Notes: generated by a model not told the origin, from the letters alone. Shown: positions 50,309 through 60,605, counted from the stretch's first letter. The stretch: 64,000 nucleotides of DNA from Rubripirellula sp. (GCA_965216875.1 OZ244207.1:3648001-3712000), one strand, 5' to 3'. Made by a program: numbers and translations.

Positions 50309-51586
50309 CTAGTTTTGGTTCGGCTGTTCGTTCGTGCCGTATTCTTCGTTCGTTCGGTCGTAGATCGCTTGCACCTCGGCAGTCACGTCCAGGTTCTTTT
50401 CAGTGATCCAATCAGACGTGTACTTGGTGATCGAACGATCCACTGGCGGTGGTGCCTGAGGCGCAGGTGGTGGCCACATGTCTTCGTTGATCGCCGCCAT
50501 GCGCACGCGAATCGAATCTTTGGTCACATTCCAAACCATGTAGTCTTCGGCAAGCGAGAGCGGACCGTCATAAGTCGATCGAATACCTTCAAGGATCGGC
50601 GGAGCGGTATCCGGATCATTGAAGAAGTGATAAGCGATCGCGTGCCTCGGTTGGATTCGGCTCATCACTTTCCCAAACGCTTCGGGCGCGGTGTGAATTT
50701 GCGTTCCAACCTCCAATGCGTTCGAAACCGAGAAACCGAATTTCTCGATCATGTTCGGCACGTCGATAAAACATTCGTGAATGGCGACATCGGCATCACG
50801 CGCGTACTCGTCGAACCATTGATTGGGATAGGTGTCGCCACCAAAAACGAATTTCAATCCGTTCCACTCCAGCGCATAGCTGACCGAACCATCGATCACA
50901 TGGTTTGCTGGCCACGAACGAATCTTGACGCCGTTCTTGTCGTACACAACCTGATTCGGCTTCGAAAAATCAAACTCGTTGACAAAGACCTTGCCGCCCG
51001 ATGCAGGTAGCCGTCCCGCGCGCCCTTCAACATCCCAACTGAGCGCCTTTTCCCAATGCTCGATCGCGTACTTCGTCCCAAGCTCAGGGCGTGATCCCGA
51101 TGGTCCATAAACGTGCAAAGGCCCCTGGCGTCCGCCGACCCAACCGCCAATGAAGTAGGCAGCGAAATCACCAAAATGGTCTGTGTGCAAGTGACTGATA
51201 AAGATTTTGTTGAGGTAGTCGTAGGGGATGCGCATGCTGGCAACACGTTCGGCCGATCCCGTACCCGCGTCAAAGAGAAACTTGTCACCATTTCCCAGTT
51301 CGACCAACCAACAGGACGCGGCTTGAGAGGCGCGCGCGGTGGGCATTCCGGTTCCACAAGCAACGATCCGCATCTCGTCAGGCTTGAGCTCTTCCGTTCC
51401 TGGGAAATAAACGCTCGAGTCGGGCACTTTTCCCGTGGCCGTGATTTTCGGCGGTTGGGGTGAGGCGGCATCCGCTTTCTGCGCGGCGACGGCCGTCGCA
51501 CCCGGTTCGTGACTTGTGCTGCCGATGATGTAACCGCAAGCGCCGACCAATAGCGCTGCGACAAAAAGTGAAGCTGTGCGTTTCAT
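50309..51586 (-). CDS. Exported MBL-fold hydrolase (RNase Z/arylsulfatase AtsA-like, GntH-like)
   Basis: Signal peptide, CGTGMP, FDAGTG, ISHLHTDH, GGDT, IHECF and IHTAPE. Start set at ATG 51586. Confidence 0.85.
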   Translation of the reverse strand: MKRTASLFVAALLVGACGYIIGSTSHEPGATAVAAQKADAASPQPPKITATGKVPDSSVYFPGTEELKPDEMRIVACGTGMPTARASQAASCWLVELGNGDKFLFDAGTGSAERVASMRIPYDYLNKIFISHLHTDHFGDFAAYFIGGWVGGRQGPLHVYGPSGSRPELGTKYAIEHWEKALSWDVEGRAGRLPASGGKVFVNEFDFSKPNQVVYDKNGVKIRSWPANHVIDGSVSYALEWNGLKFVFGGDTYPNQWFDEYARDADVAIHECFIDVPNMIEKFGFSVSNALEVGTQIHTAPEAFGKVMSRIQPRHAIAYHFFNDPDTAPPILEGIRSTYDGPLSLAEDYMVWNVTKDSIRVRMAAINEDMWPPPAPQAPPPVDRSITKYTSDWITEKNLDVTAEVQAIYDRTNEEYGTNEQPNQN

Positions 51587-51648
51587 CGCGTGAGTCTCCC
51601 GTACGAATAGCGAGCGATTGAGTCTGCATCGCACCGATGGTAAAGTCA

Positions 51649-51662
51649 ATACGGTGGCGTAT
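51649..51662. promoter_or_regulatory. Candidate TetR operator
   Basis: Palindrome ATACG-GTGG-CGTAT in the divergent gap, abutting a minus-strand TTGACT -35 box (51644-51649). Confidence 0.5.
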
Positions 51663-51688
51663 GGAAAAGTCTCTTTGCGGAGGAGCAT

Positions 51689-52258
51689 GTGAACGCACGC
51701 TCAGCAGCCGAACAGAAACTCAGTCGAGACGCTTGGCTCCAGCGAGGACTCGAAGTCCTGCGTGACGAAGGCATTTTTGGCGTTCGAGTCGAACGATTGG
51801 CCCGTGACCTAGGAGTGACCAAAGGCAGTTTCTATTGGCACTTTGACAACCGGGACGACTTGTTCGAAAGCTTGCTCGAATTCTGGGTTCGCGCGTACAA
51901 CGATCCCGTCATCCTTCACGAATCGTTCGGGGAACTTGCACCCGACCAAGGATTGGTTGCGTTGACGATGATGATTCGCGAGCAGCGGTTGGACCGCTTC
52001 GAATTGGCGATGCGTTCGTGGGCCGATCACGACGATCGCGCCGCGGGTGCGGTGAAAAGGGTGTACGAACAGCGTCAAGCATTCATCCGCGGGTTCTTCA
52101 CACGCCTTGGATTTCGAGGGGGCGAAGCCGATGCGAGGACACGATTGATGCTCTGCTATCTCAGTTGGGACCCTGGCATTGGAGCAACGGAAACGATGAC
52201 GCAAAGCAAGGCCAACGTGCGAAAGGCAATCGCAGTGCTCGTTGGGAAGCCGTTGTAA
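51689..52258 (+). CDS. TetR/AcrR family transcriptional regulator
   Basis: HTH motif VRVERLARDLGVTKGSFYWHFDNRDDL. Confidence 0.93.
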   Translation: MNARSAAEQKLSRDAWLQRGLEVLRDEGIFGVRVERLARDLGVTKGSFYWHFDNRDDLFESLLEFWVRAYNDPVILHESFGELAPDQGLVALTMMIREQRLDRFELAMRSWADHDDRAAGAVKRVYEQRQAFIRGFFTRLGFRGGEADARTRLMLCYLSWDPGIGATETMTQSKANVRKAIAVLVGKPL

Positions 52259-52277
52259 ACGAAAGCCCCCCTGGCCC

Positions 52278-52345
52278 GTAGCTACCTTGGCCAGAAGGTG
52301 GTTGCCGCAGGTCGACCATTCACCGCGATCACCACGCGTAGCGAC
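52278..52345. repeat. REP-like doublet (GTAGCTAC family, right arm truncated)
   Basis: GTAGCTACCTTGGCCAGAAGGTGG...GGTCGACCATT...GCGATCACCACGCGTAGCGAC. The spacer resembles that at 63339. Confidence 0.75.
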
Positions 52346-52381
52346 GCTTGGTTTCAGGCCTGACGCCGATTCACCAAAGAT

Positions 52382-54220
52382 CTACTTGCGTTTCTTAAAG
52401 AACTTTGCTCGCAGCGATTCAATCTTTTGCTGCCGAATTTCAGGATCGAGGTCCTTTCCGTTGACCTGAATCTTTTCGATTTGAGACTTGTATTTCTCAA
52501 ACATTTTGACTCGCATTGCCATGCTTTCTTCGTCGTCTCGTTGCATGAAGCTCCAATCGACGTTTTGCCACGATGACTTGTCGCTCTTTCGCGAAGCAAG
52601 TTGTTCGCGTCTCTCAGACTCGGCTCGAGCCGCTTGCTCTTTCGCCTCACGTTCACGATCGCGAGTGTCGACCCGAGCGACCGTCTGTGGTCCATCTTCG
52701 CTGGGCTCGGGAGGCTTGCCGTCAAGCAAATCGCCTTGCGGCGTCACCATCAAGCTCCAACGATGCAACATTCCAAACCGGTCACTTCGCGTGCCGCGAA
52801 TCACCAACTGCCAAACGCCTTTGATGCTCTTTCCATTGAAATGCCCCAGGCCTGGCTGACGCTTGACCAAACCCTCGGGCATGAACGTTCCCTTGAACGG
52901 TGGACGTGCCTTGACGATCGGGTACCGCGACTGATCATCAAAGATCGTGTCTTCAAAATGGTCGTCATGGGCACCGACTTCGGTAAAGAGCTCGATCCGT
53001 TGACCATCTGGTCCGGTCAAAAAGGCATCCAAGTGCGACGTATGCGTATGTGTGATCGAAAGCTGAACATTCAGGTCGCCAATCAGAAAATCATCAGGAA
53101 CATCAATTTCTGAAATGATCGTTTTGCGTGGTGCCAACACCTCGGCATCGGTGTTGCTATAGGTTCCACCAACCATGGCATTCGCACGGAGTACTTCCTG
53201 AGTGGTCAGCAAGCCGTCGCCGTTGATGTCGAGACTGGTGAATTCAGCGAGCTTCTCGTCGCTCCACTCCTCCGTGAATTCAGTCATCGCAACTTGTTGG
53301 TCGCGGTTGGCGTCGAGTTCATAAAACCAGCCCGGAATCGCTTCGTCGGCACCACCCGATTGCTCTTGGATATCAACAAAATAGGCCTCGAGTTCATCGC
53401 GGCTCAGTTCACCATTCCTGTCCGCGTCGATCTGACCCATTGGGATGCCGAGCTTCAAGGTTTCGTCCGCTTCGAGCCGCCCGTTCTTGTTTCGGTCAAA
53501 ACGGCCAAGGATCGTCGCCGTGAGGTAGTAGCGTGTGCCACCGCGCCGCCAATAACGACTCGAATCTTCTCGTGGCTGCTCTTCAGGTCGCGAAGACCGA
53601 ATCCCGTTGCCGGTCCGCCATGCCTTTCGCACGAGTTCGCCCGAAGCACCTTCCAGTAGTCGCCGCCGCGCGTACCGCTGAACCATCTCCATCCGGCTCA
53701 GTCGCCCGTCATTGTCAAGGTCATCATCGAACGGATTGCGGTGCGTCCATTCATGCCGAGCCGCTTCGCGCCGATCGATGTAGCCATCTTTGTTTTCATC
53801 GTGGCTGCGCATGGTTCGCGCAACGAACCTTAGGTCATCCTGAGTGTAGGGGTACTTCATTTCGCCGATACCAAACTCAGGCACGAGCGCGTCATCGCGC
53901 TGAGGCGTGAACCCTTTCAGTTTTGCCTCACCTTCGGGGTCAACGTCTTTACCTTGAACACCGTTCTTGTTCGCGTAGTAAATCCGCGCCGCCTCTTGCC
54001 AACGATCAACCGGATTGGGCCGATCAAGCGACATTCGCCTCACTCGCGCAACGCGTTCAAGGTAGGGACGTGCAAGCGGCGTGATCTCATCCGGATCGAT
54101 GTTTCCGTTCTGATTTCGATCCAGTTTCTCGAGCGACTCGCGCAGGCCAGACTGGGCTCGGGCAGTTGATCCGACCAGCAATACCAGCGCCGTCGCAATC
54201 GTTGCAATTCTTCCGTTCAT
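52382..54220 (-). CDS. Exported EF-hand repeat protein with proprotein-convertase P-domain
   Basis: Signal peptide, EF loops (DRNQNGNIDPDE, DENKDGYIDRRE, DINGDGLLTTQE), and P-domain motifs LNVQLSITHTHTSHLDAFLTGPDG and GVWQLVI...GMLHRWSL. Confidence 0.82.
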   Translation of the reverse strand: MNGRIATIATALVLLVGSTARAQSGLRESLEKLDRNQNGNIDPDEITPLARPYLERVARVRRMSLDRPNPVDRWQEAARIYYANKNGVQGKDVDPEGEAKLKGFTPQRDDALVPEFGIGEMKYPYTQDDLRFVARTMRSHDENKDGYIDRREAARHEWTHRNPFDDDLDNDGRLSRMEMVQRYARRRLLEGASGELVRKAWRTGNGIRSSRPEEQPREDSSRYWRRGGTRYYLTATILGRFDRNKNGRLEADETLKLGIPMGQIDADRNGELSRDELEAYFVDIQEQSGGADEAIPGWFYELDANRDQQVAMTEFTEEWSDEKLAEFTSLDINGDGLLTTQEVLRANAMVGGTYSNTDAEVLAPRKTIISEIDVPDDFLIGDLNVQLSITHTHTSHLDAFLTGPDGQRIELFTEVGAHDDHFEDTIFDDQSRYPIVKARPPFKGTFMPEGLVKRQPGLGHFNGKSIKGVWQLVIRGTRSDRFGMLHRWSLMVTPQGDLLDGKPPEPSEDGPQTVARVDTRDREREAKEQAARAESERREQLASRKSDKSSWQNVDWSFMQRDDEESMAMRVKMFEKYKSQIEKIQVNGKDLDPEIRQQKIESLRAKFFKKRK

Positions 54221-54223
54221 TGC

Positions 54224-56884
54224 TTACCTGTTGCCTTTGGGCTGCTGAGGTCGCGGTGCTGGATTGGCAGCCGTTCGCGATCCTGATTCGCGTCGATTCG
54301 ATGTCGCAGCTTCTTGGAGCAGAATCTGCTGCAAGACGGCTTCCATCAGCTCGCCGTTAAGCGGTGCCACCACTTCGACCTGTTGCTCGCCGCGTCGGTC
54401 GATCGACAGGGCAAGTGCTTCGACCTCTTTGAAAAGCTGCTCGGGTGCCGTGACGATCAACGAATTGCTCGGTTCGTGCACGGCGATAGTGATCTTGGGT
54501 TCCAAACTGCGAGTCGCCCGCGCCTGTGGTTGAGGTTGGTTGCCTTTCTTTTTCTTGTCGTCATCACCGCCTTCGCCACGTGCTTTTGCCGCGGCCAGCG
54601 CGGCCGCTTCGCCACCACCACGTTGCCCCTGACCACCGGGTTGACCACCCGCTACGCCCTGCGCGCCAGCCGTCACACGGCCTGCGAATGCTTGACGAAT
54701 CGCGTCGGCAACATCGGTCGCTCGACTGTTGACCAAGTTGATCACGTGCGCCGTTCCATAAGTCTCTATCGCCGTGATGCTGTTGTCTTTGTCAACGATC
54801 TTCAAATACTCTTCGATCCGTTCGATATCGGTCGATGTTCCTTGAGCAATCAATCGGTTCAACCGAGTGTCGGCCAAAATGGTCATCGTGTCCGATGTCA
54901 AAGTCATCGTTCCGTCTCGCGTCGTGATCAGGCTGCCAAGCAGCGAAGGGCCTGATGAGACGTAACCATTGACGAGTGTCCCCGCCTCGAATTCTTCGGC
55001 CGCGTCGCCGCCATCAAGCAATTCCGCCAACATCTTCAAGGCATCGTCGGCCTTGGTGTATTTGAGATAGAAAACGATCGGGGGCGAGGGCGATGTGTCG
55101 ACCGGCCCAGCAATCACGCGGACGTGCGTTTCGAACGCATCAAGTGCTTGGCGATCATCCGATTGAAGAAGAACGCCTCTCGGGGTGACTTGGCAACGAA
55201 TGGCCGGTGCCGTGCTCGCCGAATTCGACGTGAGCCATCGCTGGTTGGAAAGGTCACCGCTGGGTTCATTGTTGGCCGTCAACGTTCGATTGGGAAAAGC
55301 ATCCGAAACCACGCGTTCGGTCATGACCGATTCAGGCTCGGTCGACGATCGATAGACGATCACCGGGTTGTCACCACGCCAAAAGCGAACCGCCGTCTCA
55401 AGAATCTGTTCGGCTTGTTTCCCTTTGAGCGGCAGAATGCGGAACGCTTCTTCCGACGAACGGGGCGCAGTACTCGAATCGTCCAAACCCTCAACGATCT
55501 TTTTGATCTGTTCGATCTGGGCCTTTTTGGCACGAACAAACAAACGGCTGTTGCCTGGATCCGCGTCGATCTTTGGTGCATCGGGATCGATGTCTTCGGG
55601 ATCATCCAACGGATCGGGCAGGTCAAGCATTTCTTCAAGCAATGTGACCGCGAAATAAGGGTCGACCGTCTCGAGTGGGATGACCGCAAACTCGGCGTCA
55701 GCGCCCTGCAACTCCGCCACTGTCTTCTCGATCTCGGCGTGTACCGATGGCGGGGCGAGTGCGACCACCGTGCCGGCCTCTTCGTCCATGGATAACCGAA
55801 TCTCACGATCAGCCAGCAGCGTCACAAGAACGTTATAGGCCGTTTCAACGCTGCCGTTATTCACCGCGTGGGCTTTCAGGACCATGTCGCCTTGTTCGGC
55901 GATGCTCCCCTTTTTCGGTTTGTCGACCGCAGCAACAAGACGCTCGATCAACTTCACTTTGTCTTCCACGCCGGTAACGAAAATGTTCTTGCCTTTGACA
56001 TCGGCGGAAACACTCACATCGATCCCGATCATCTCGCCGGTGGCCAGCCCAAGGTGAGGACGAGCGACTTCGAGCACATCTTCGGCAGTGACGTGCTCGA
56101 GCACAAAGCTTTCGACCACCGTCCCGTTGTCCATCTCATCGGGCTTGAAGGCATCCAGAATGACCTTCGCGTTGCGAAGCTTGCCAACCGTGTCTGTGAT
56201 CATCAGTTGCTTGGTCTTTGAAAAAACCGAAGGGTTGGTCATCAAGTTGAGGGCCGTCAGCTCTTGCACGGCCTCTTCGGCTTCCAGTTCGCCCAACGGG
56301 AAAATACATTTGACGACATCGTGGCTCGCACGAGTTTCGAGATCCTGCAGATTGACAAGTGGAGCGATCGCATCAAGCTGCTGCATGCTGCGAGGGTCAC
56401 TCAAGTTGATCACCGACAACAAATGCCCACTGCGAACAAGCGAATAACCTTGCGGCAACAAGAAGAGGTTCACGCGGTCGATCGCCGCTTGATGCGTGTA
56501 GGCCTGCGGGTCGCTATAGGTAAAACTGCCCGTCGGAACGCTATCGACATGCAGCGCCAATTCGCCCTCTTCGGCCAACCACTCAATGACTTCTCGCCAG
56601 GGCGTCCCCGAGAACGCAAAACGAATCTCGTCACTCTTGGCAGGCTGCTTTGCTCCAACCGCAGCGATGAACTCTTCAAGACTGTCTTGCGCGCTCGCAT
56701 CACTGTCTTGCGCGTTCGCATCGGAATCGCTCGAGGCCCCAGGTTGGATGAGCTCGGGCTGGCGCTGGGTGGGCGTTGGAACTGCCCCCTCTTCTTGCGC
56801 CGGAAGCTGATTGCCCGTCAGGGCAAACGCCAAGGTGATGGGAAGTGCTGCCGACCGAAAACGTCGAGACCGATCAGTGGACAT
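54224..56884 (-). CDS. Secretin N-terminal (N0/N-domain repeat) protein lacking a recognisable C-terminal barrel
   Basis: FAFSGTPWREVIEWLA, IDADPGNSRLFVRA, ILADTRLNRLIAQGT and VHEPSNSLIVTAPEQLFKEVEALALSID are GspD-like N-domain motifs. Confidence 0.75.
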   Translation of the reverse strand: MSTDRSRRFRSAALPITLAFALTGNQLPAQEEGAVPTPTQRQPELIQPGASSDSDANAQDSDASAQDSLEEFIAAVGAKQPAKSDEIRFAFSGTPWREVIEWLAEEGELALHVDSVPTGSFTYSDPQAYTHQAAIDRVNLFLLPQGYSLVRSGHLLSVINLSDPRSMQQLDAIAPLVNLQDLETRASHDVVKCIFPLGELEAEEAVQELTALNLMTNPSVFSKTKQLMITDTVGKLRNAKVILDAFKPDEMDNGTVVESFVLEHVTAEDVLEVARPHLGLATGEMIGIDVSVSADVKGKNIFVTGVEDKVKLIERLVAAVDKPKKGSIAEQGDMVLKAHAVNNGSVETAYNVLVTLLADREIRLSMDEEAGTVVALAPPSVHAEIEKTVAELQGADAEFAVIPLETVDPYFAVTLLEEMLDLPDPLDDPEDIDPDAPKIDADPGNSRLFVRAKKAQIEQIKKIVEGLDDSSTAPRSSEEAFRILPLKGKQAEQILETAVRFWRGDNPVIVYRSSTEPESVMTERVVSDAFPNRTLTANNEPSGDLSNQRWLTSNSASTAPAIRCQVTPRGVLLQSDDRQALDAFETHVRVIAGPVDTSPSPPIVFYLKYTKADDALKMLAELLDGGDAAEEFEAGTLVNGYVSSGPSLLGSLITTRDGTMTLTSDTMTILADTRLNRLIAQGTSTDIERIEEYLKIVDKDNSITAIETYGTAHVINLVNSRATDVADAIRQAFAGRVTAGAQGVAGGQPGGQGQRGGGEAAALAAAKARGEGGDDDKKKKGNQPQPQARATRSLEPKITIAVHEPSNSLIVTAPEQLFKEVEALALSIDRRGEQQVEVVAPLNGELMEAVLQQILLQEAATSNRRESGSRTAANPAPRPQQPKGNR

Positions 56885-57278
56885 ACTTTGGTAGGGTTCG
56901 AGAGGTTGATGGAGGTGAGGTGACGGGCGTCACTCTCGCGAAGCGGCCGACGGTCAGGCCCAGGCAAATTGGTTACAGGGAATAACCGATCACGAGGGCT
57001 TTTTGGCTCGCTTGGGGTGGGTAGGACGGCTGGGGACCAAGAGCAGTTGGTTTGTGTTAAGTCAAAATGCCCTTTGGGGATTGGATAACGCCGCAGACTT
57101 TACGGTACCCAAATCCCCCCAAAAGTCAATCTCTGACTGTATCAGCCATGTATCGAAAACCACGCAAAAGACGAGGTTTTTCACATCTGGTGGCCCATCC
57201 GGTCTCGATCCCAGTGAGCCGCCAACGGACCATTCCCCTGAATGATCTCCAAAGCACCAAGCCGTACCCCGGTGAGCA

Positions 57279-60209
57279 CTATCGCCGCTCGATACTGAGC
57301 AACCCGTTTCGATTGATCCGAATGCGATCGGCTGTCACGGTGTTCCCTTGAGTGTCGTCCAAGCGAATTTGTGCGTCGCCTTCAAACAGAAGGCCTGCTT
57401 CGGTCGCACGCAAAACCGCATTGTTGCTACGTGCCTCGAGCGACCGATGACGAATCTGGGTCACCCCTTTCGCTTCAAGGGAAAGATGACGCTCCCCTTG
57501 TTCGTCCACGTCCAAAGCAAGCAGCACTTCGTCGGCCCTCACCTCGGAACCGTCATTCGTTGAAACCTTGGTGCGCCCCGTACAACGAATCCTTACCAAG
57601 TCGTCGCCCGAATCGGCTGGCATCGCAACCTCCAGTTCGGATGTGGTGAGCGAGACGAGTGGTTCACCCTTTTCGGTGTCCATGCATTCCATAAGAACTT
57701 GATCAGCTTGCACAGAGATCTCTCGCCCCTGCTGATTGTGACGAACAACCAAATCAGCGAGGCCGGTCGTTTGAACCGTCAACCCATGCTGGCCGATCAG
57801 TCGGTTGGCTGCCTCTGGTAGTTTTTCCCATCGAGTGCCCGTCTGCGAAGCTCGATTCGCGCGCGATCGTTGAACATCGGGAAAACCTTCAATACGGACC
57901 ATCTTGTGCTTGGCTGACGAATCCAAGGCGGGAATCCAATCCTTCGGTCCGCCCGCTTGATTGGTGCAGGTGATGGCGAGGACAACGAAGTCGCGTTGAT
58001 CATCCGAGGATGGTCGGCCATCTCGGTTGGGGCGAATCGATCCCAACAGCACCGTTTGGCCCGAATTCGTTTCAAACATCGTGGCAACCGTCTCTCGCAC
58101 GACGCTTGGCGACTGTACGGCAATCGAATCATGATGAGCTGTCGACAGGCGAAGTTCGTTGACGTCGCTCACACTTGACGTGGTCCAGGTTGTCGCAATG
58201 CGCAGGCGCTGCTGGGCTACGCGTCGAGCAAATAGGCCGAGTTCGAAACCGTCATACAGCACATCATGATTCGGGTTGAGTTCCGAAGCGTCACCGTCGC
58301 CAGAGGAGACGCCCACAACAAAGGGCTTGGAAACGCCCGAGTGAATCAACGCTTGTTGACCTTCGAACAGAGTGACTCTGGGAGCCCCGGTATCCGATTT
58401 ACCGTTTGCCGAGAGTCGTTGCTTTACCGTTTCCCATTGCTGCGGTGAAAGCACGGCGGCGAACAATGGCACATGCTCTTCCTGCTCGCGTCTGACGCGT
58501 GCCGACCAGGGAGCTACTGATGCCAAGTGCCGGCTTTCGATCACATCGCCAAGTCCTGCCGGCGTCCCCAGTCCCGCGGCATCACTTGGCATCAAGAACC
58601 ATTCAAGCGACAAATCTGAAAGTGCCTGTTTGGCTTGCCGGTATTGGCATCGGAACATACGCGAATTCACGCTGATCGTTGCGCGGTCTTCGGATCGCAA
58701 ACGCTCGATGATTTTCGCAATGGTCCCTTGCTCGGTCTCCGTGGCAAAGACGTGAAGCGTTTCGCCGGTCCATGCAAGCCGACGCTGGTCTTCGTAGGAA
58801 AGGGAAAGCCAACCGCGCAGGTCCGACTCAAAGTGCTTGCGTAATTGATCGACATTCTCGGCGCCGTCGGCATACCGCTCGAACATGTCTGATAGGTCGT
58901 AGGTCTTTGCGACGATCGGCCCGTCGCTGAGAGACTCGTCGCTGAGAGACTCGTCGCTGAGAGAATTGTCGCGCGGCTCAATCGTTTTTGAGTCGACGGG
59001 TTTGGTCGGTGGCGTGCTGTTTGCTTGGCCAGGCCAAACCGCGGCAGCAACCATCGCGATCGCGACCAAACGTGAGCAGCGCCAGATTCTGGCTTCCTTT
59101 TTCGTCGTCATGATTCGCTCCATTCGAATCCGAGTAAACTCTTTCGATCCCATTCCCAAGACGAGCGGAGGCCGCCGGCGGGACGGTTCACCCGCCGCAG
59201 CATCCGCAATGATTCGCATTGCATCGATCAGATGTCGCGCGTAGTTGGCGGGAGCCTCGCCGGTCGCCAAAACAACATCGTGGTCGCATTGAATCTCAAT
59301 GGACCGGCTCAGACGCTTTGAAACGATCCAAGCCAGTGGATGAAACCACCAGAGCGTGGTCACTGCAAACTGCAGCCATCCAGTCCAGCTGTCGCGGCGC
59401 CGAACGTGCATCAACTCGTGAGCAAAGGTCGCGTCCAAAATCCCTGAGCGTTCCAGTTGCTTGGTCATTGCGGCGGGGATCGCAACGGTCGGACGAATGA
59501 TGCCCCAAACGATTGGGTCGCTGCACTTGTCCGATACGATTAACTGAACGCTCGACCGAATGCCAAGTCGATAACGCATGGCTTCAAAACGGTCCTGAAC
59601 TTCCGCCGGGACGCTAAACGAGTTCCGGCGCAGCCGGTTGAGGTGGCGCAAAACTAACGCCATTCGGTACACAAAAACGGTCAACATGCCCGCCGCCCAT
59701 ACCAACAAAAGAATGGGAACCAAACCAACGATTGAATTGGTTGCCGCATGTCCCGAAAGCGAGGTCACGGCGCGAGAGGCGCTGACTTCACGTCGTTCTT
59801 GGGTCGCCACGTGAATACCGGGAGCCGGCAGATCGCATTGATCGACCGTGGCATTCGTTTCCAAGCTTGCTTCGCTCTGTGGATGCAACGTGGAAGCGTG
59901 CTGTGCTTGAGCGTGTTGCAAATCGCCAGGCCAAGTTGGCGCGACATTCGAAGGGATGACGTTGGGTTTCGGATCGGCCTCGTGAGAGCCTGTGCTCGCG
60001 GTGCGAAACGGACTCGAATCGAACATACTGATGGGGCCAGTTAGCGTTGGCGGCACAAGGAACTTGACCAAGACAACAAACCACAACGCGTGAACAGCCT
60101 TTGGATAGCGGTTCCCAACAACTCGCGCGATAACAAGTGTCAGTAGCGCGAGCGTCGTGACCTGAAAGATCTGATCACCCGCCATGTTGATGATGTCACC
60201 GGTACTCAT
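57279..60209 (-). CDS. BlaR1/MecR1-type M56 metallopeptidase with a secretin-like C-terminal region
   Basis: TM helices, AHELMHVRRRD (HExxH), WWFHPLAW and IEIQCD, then APRVTLFEGQQALI...PFVVGV and TMFETNSGQTVLLG. Confidence 0.85.
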   Translation of the reverse strand: MSTGDIINMAGDQIFQVTTLALLTLVIARVVGNRYPKAVHALWFVVLVKFLVPPTLTGPISMFDSSPFRTASTGSHEADPKPNVIPSNVAPTWPGDLQHAQAQHASTLHPQSEASLETNATVDQCDLPAPGIHVATQERREVSASRAVTSLSGHAATNSIVGLVPILLLVWAAGMLTVFVYRMALVLRHLNRLRRNSFSVPAEVQDRFEAMRYRLGIRSSVQLIVSDKCSDPIVWGIIRPTVAIPAAMTKQLERSGILDATFAHELMHVRRRDSWTGWLQFAVTTLWWFHPLAWIVSKRLSRSIEIQCDHDVVLATGEAPANYARHLIDAMRIIADAAAGEPSRRRPPLVLGMGSKEFTRIRMERIMTTKKEARIWRCSRLVAIAMVAAAVWPGQANSTPPTKPVDSKTIEPRDNSLSDESLSDESLSDGPIVAKTYDLSDMFERYADGAENVDQLRKHFESDLRGWLSLSYEDQRRLAWTGETLHVFATETEQGTIAKIIERLRSEDRATISVNSRMFRCQYRQAKQALSDLSLEWFLMPSDAAGLGTPAGLGDVIESRHLASVAPWSARVRREQEEHVPLFAAVLSPQQWETVKQRLSANGKSDTGAPRVTLFEGQQALIHSGVSKPFVVGVSSGDGDASELNPNHDVLYDGFELGLFARRVAQQRLRIATTWTTSSVSDVNELRLSTAHHDSIAVQSPSVVRETVATMFETNSGQTVLLGSIRPNRDGRPSSDDQRDFVVLAITCTNQAGGPKDWIPALDSSAKHKMVRIEGFPDVQRSRANRASQTGTRWEKLPEAANRLIGQHGLTVQTTGLADLVVRHNQQGREISVQADQVLMECMDTEKGEPLVSLTTSELEVAMPADSGDDLVRIRCTGRTKVSTNDGSEVRADEVLLALDVDEQGERHLSLEAKGVTQIRHRSLEARSNNAVLRATEAGLLFEGDAQIRLDDTQGNTVTADRIRINRNGLLSIERR
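58922..58966. repeat. In-frame 15-bp tandem repeat (x3) in the M56 gene linker
   Basis: CGTCGCTGAGAGA(C/A)T three times, encoding SLSDE-SLSDE-SLSDG. Confidence 0.85.
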
Positions 60210-60586
60210 GATTCGTCCTCCATGCGGTCGATCAGATTCTTGAGTTCGTCAAGTTCGTCGGGCGAGATGCGTCGATCTTCAATGAGATGACGTACAAGTG
60301 GCAGCGAATCACCGTCGAACAATCGATCGACAAGATCGTCGACCGTCTCGCGGATCACCGTCCTGGGCTTGACTTTTGCACGGTAAACCCGCGTGCGACC
60401 ATCGAGCTTGGCGGTGACGTATCCCTTGGCTTCCAACCGGCGCAGGTACGTTTGCACGGTGCTGAATTCCCAGCTGCAATCCGCTGCGAGGGCTTCGTGC
60501 ACTTGGCGGACGCTGGCATTGCCGAGCTTCCAAAGCGCTCGGGCAACGTCAAGCTCGCCTTTGGAAAGACTGGGGCGATCAACCAC
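60206..60586 (-). CDS. BlaI/MecI/CopY family transcriptional repressor
   Basis: LSKGELDVARALW, STVQTYLRRLEAKGYV and LVDRLFDG. ATGA overlap with the M56 gene. Confidence 0.93.
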   Translation of the reverse strand: MVDRPSLSKGELDVARALWKLGNASVRQVHEALAADCSWEFSTVQTYLRRLEAKGYVTAKLDGRTRVYRAKVKPRTVIRETVDDLVDRLFDGDSLPLVRHLIEDRRISPDELDELKNLIDRMEDES

Positions 60587-60605
60587 GTTTCGGGACTCCT
60601 TTCTT

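Noticed and set aside
50309..51586. Guanitoxin biosynthesis cluster
   Set aside because: There is only family-level resemblance to GntH-like hydrolases and no other pathway genes are adjacent.
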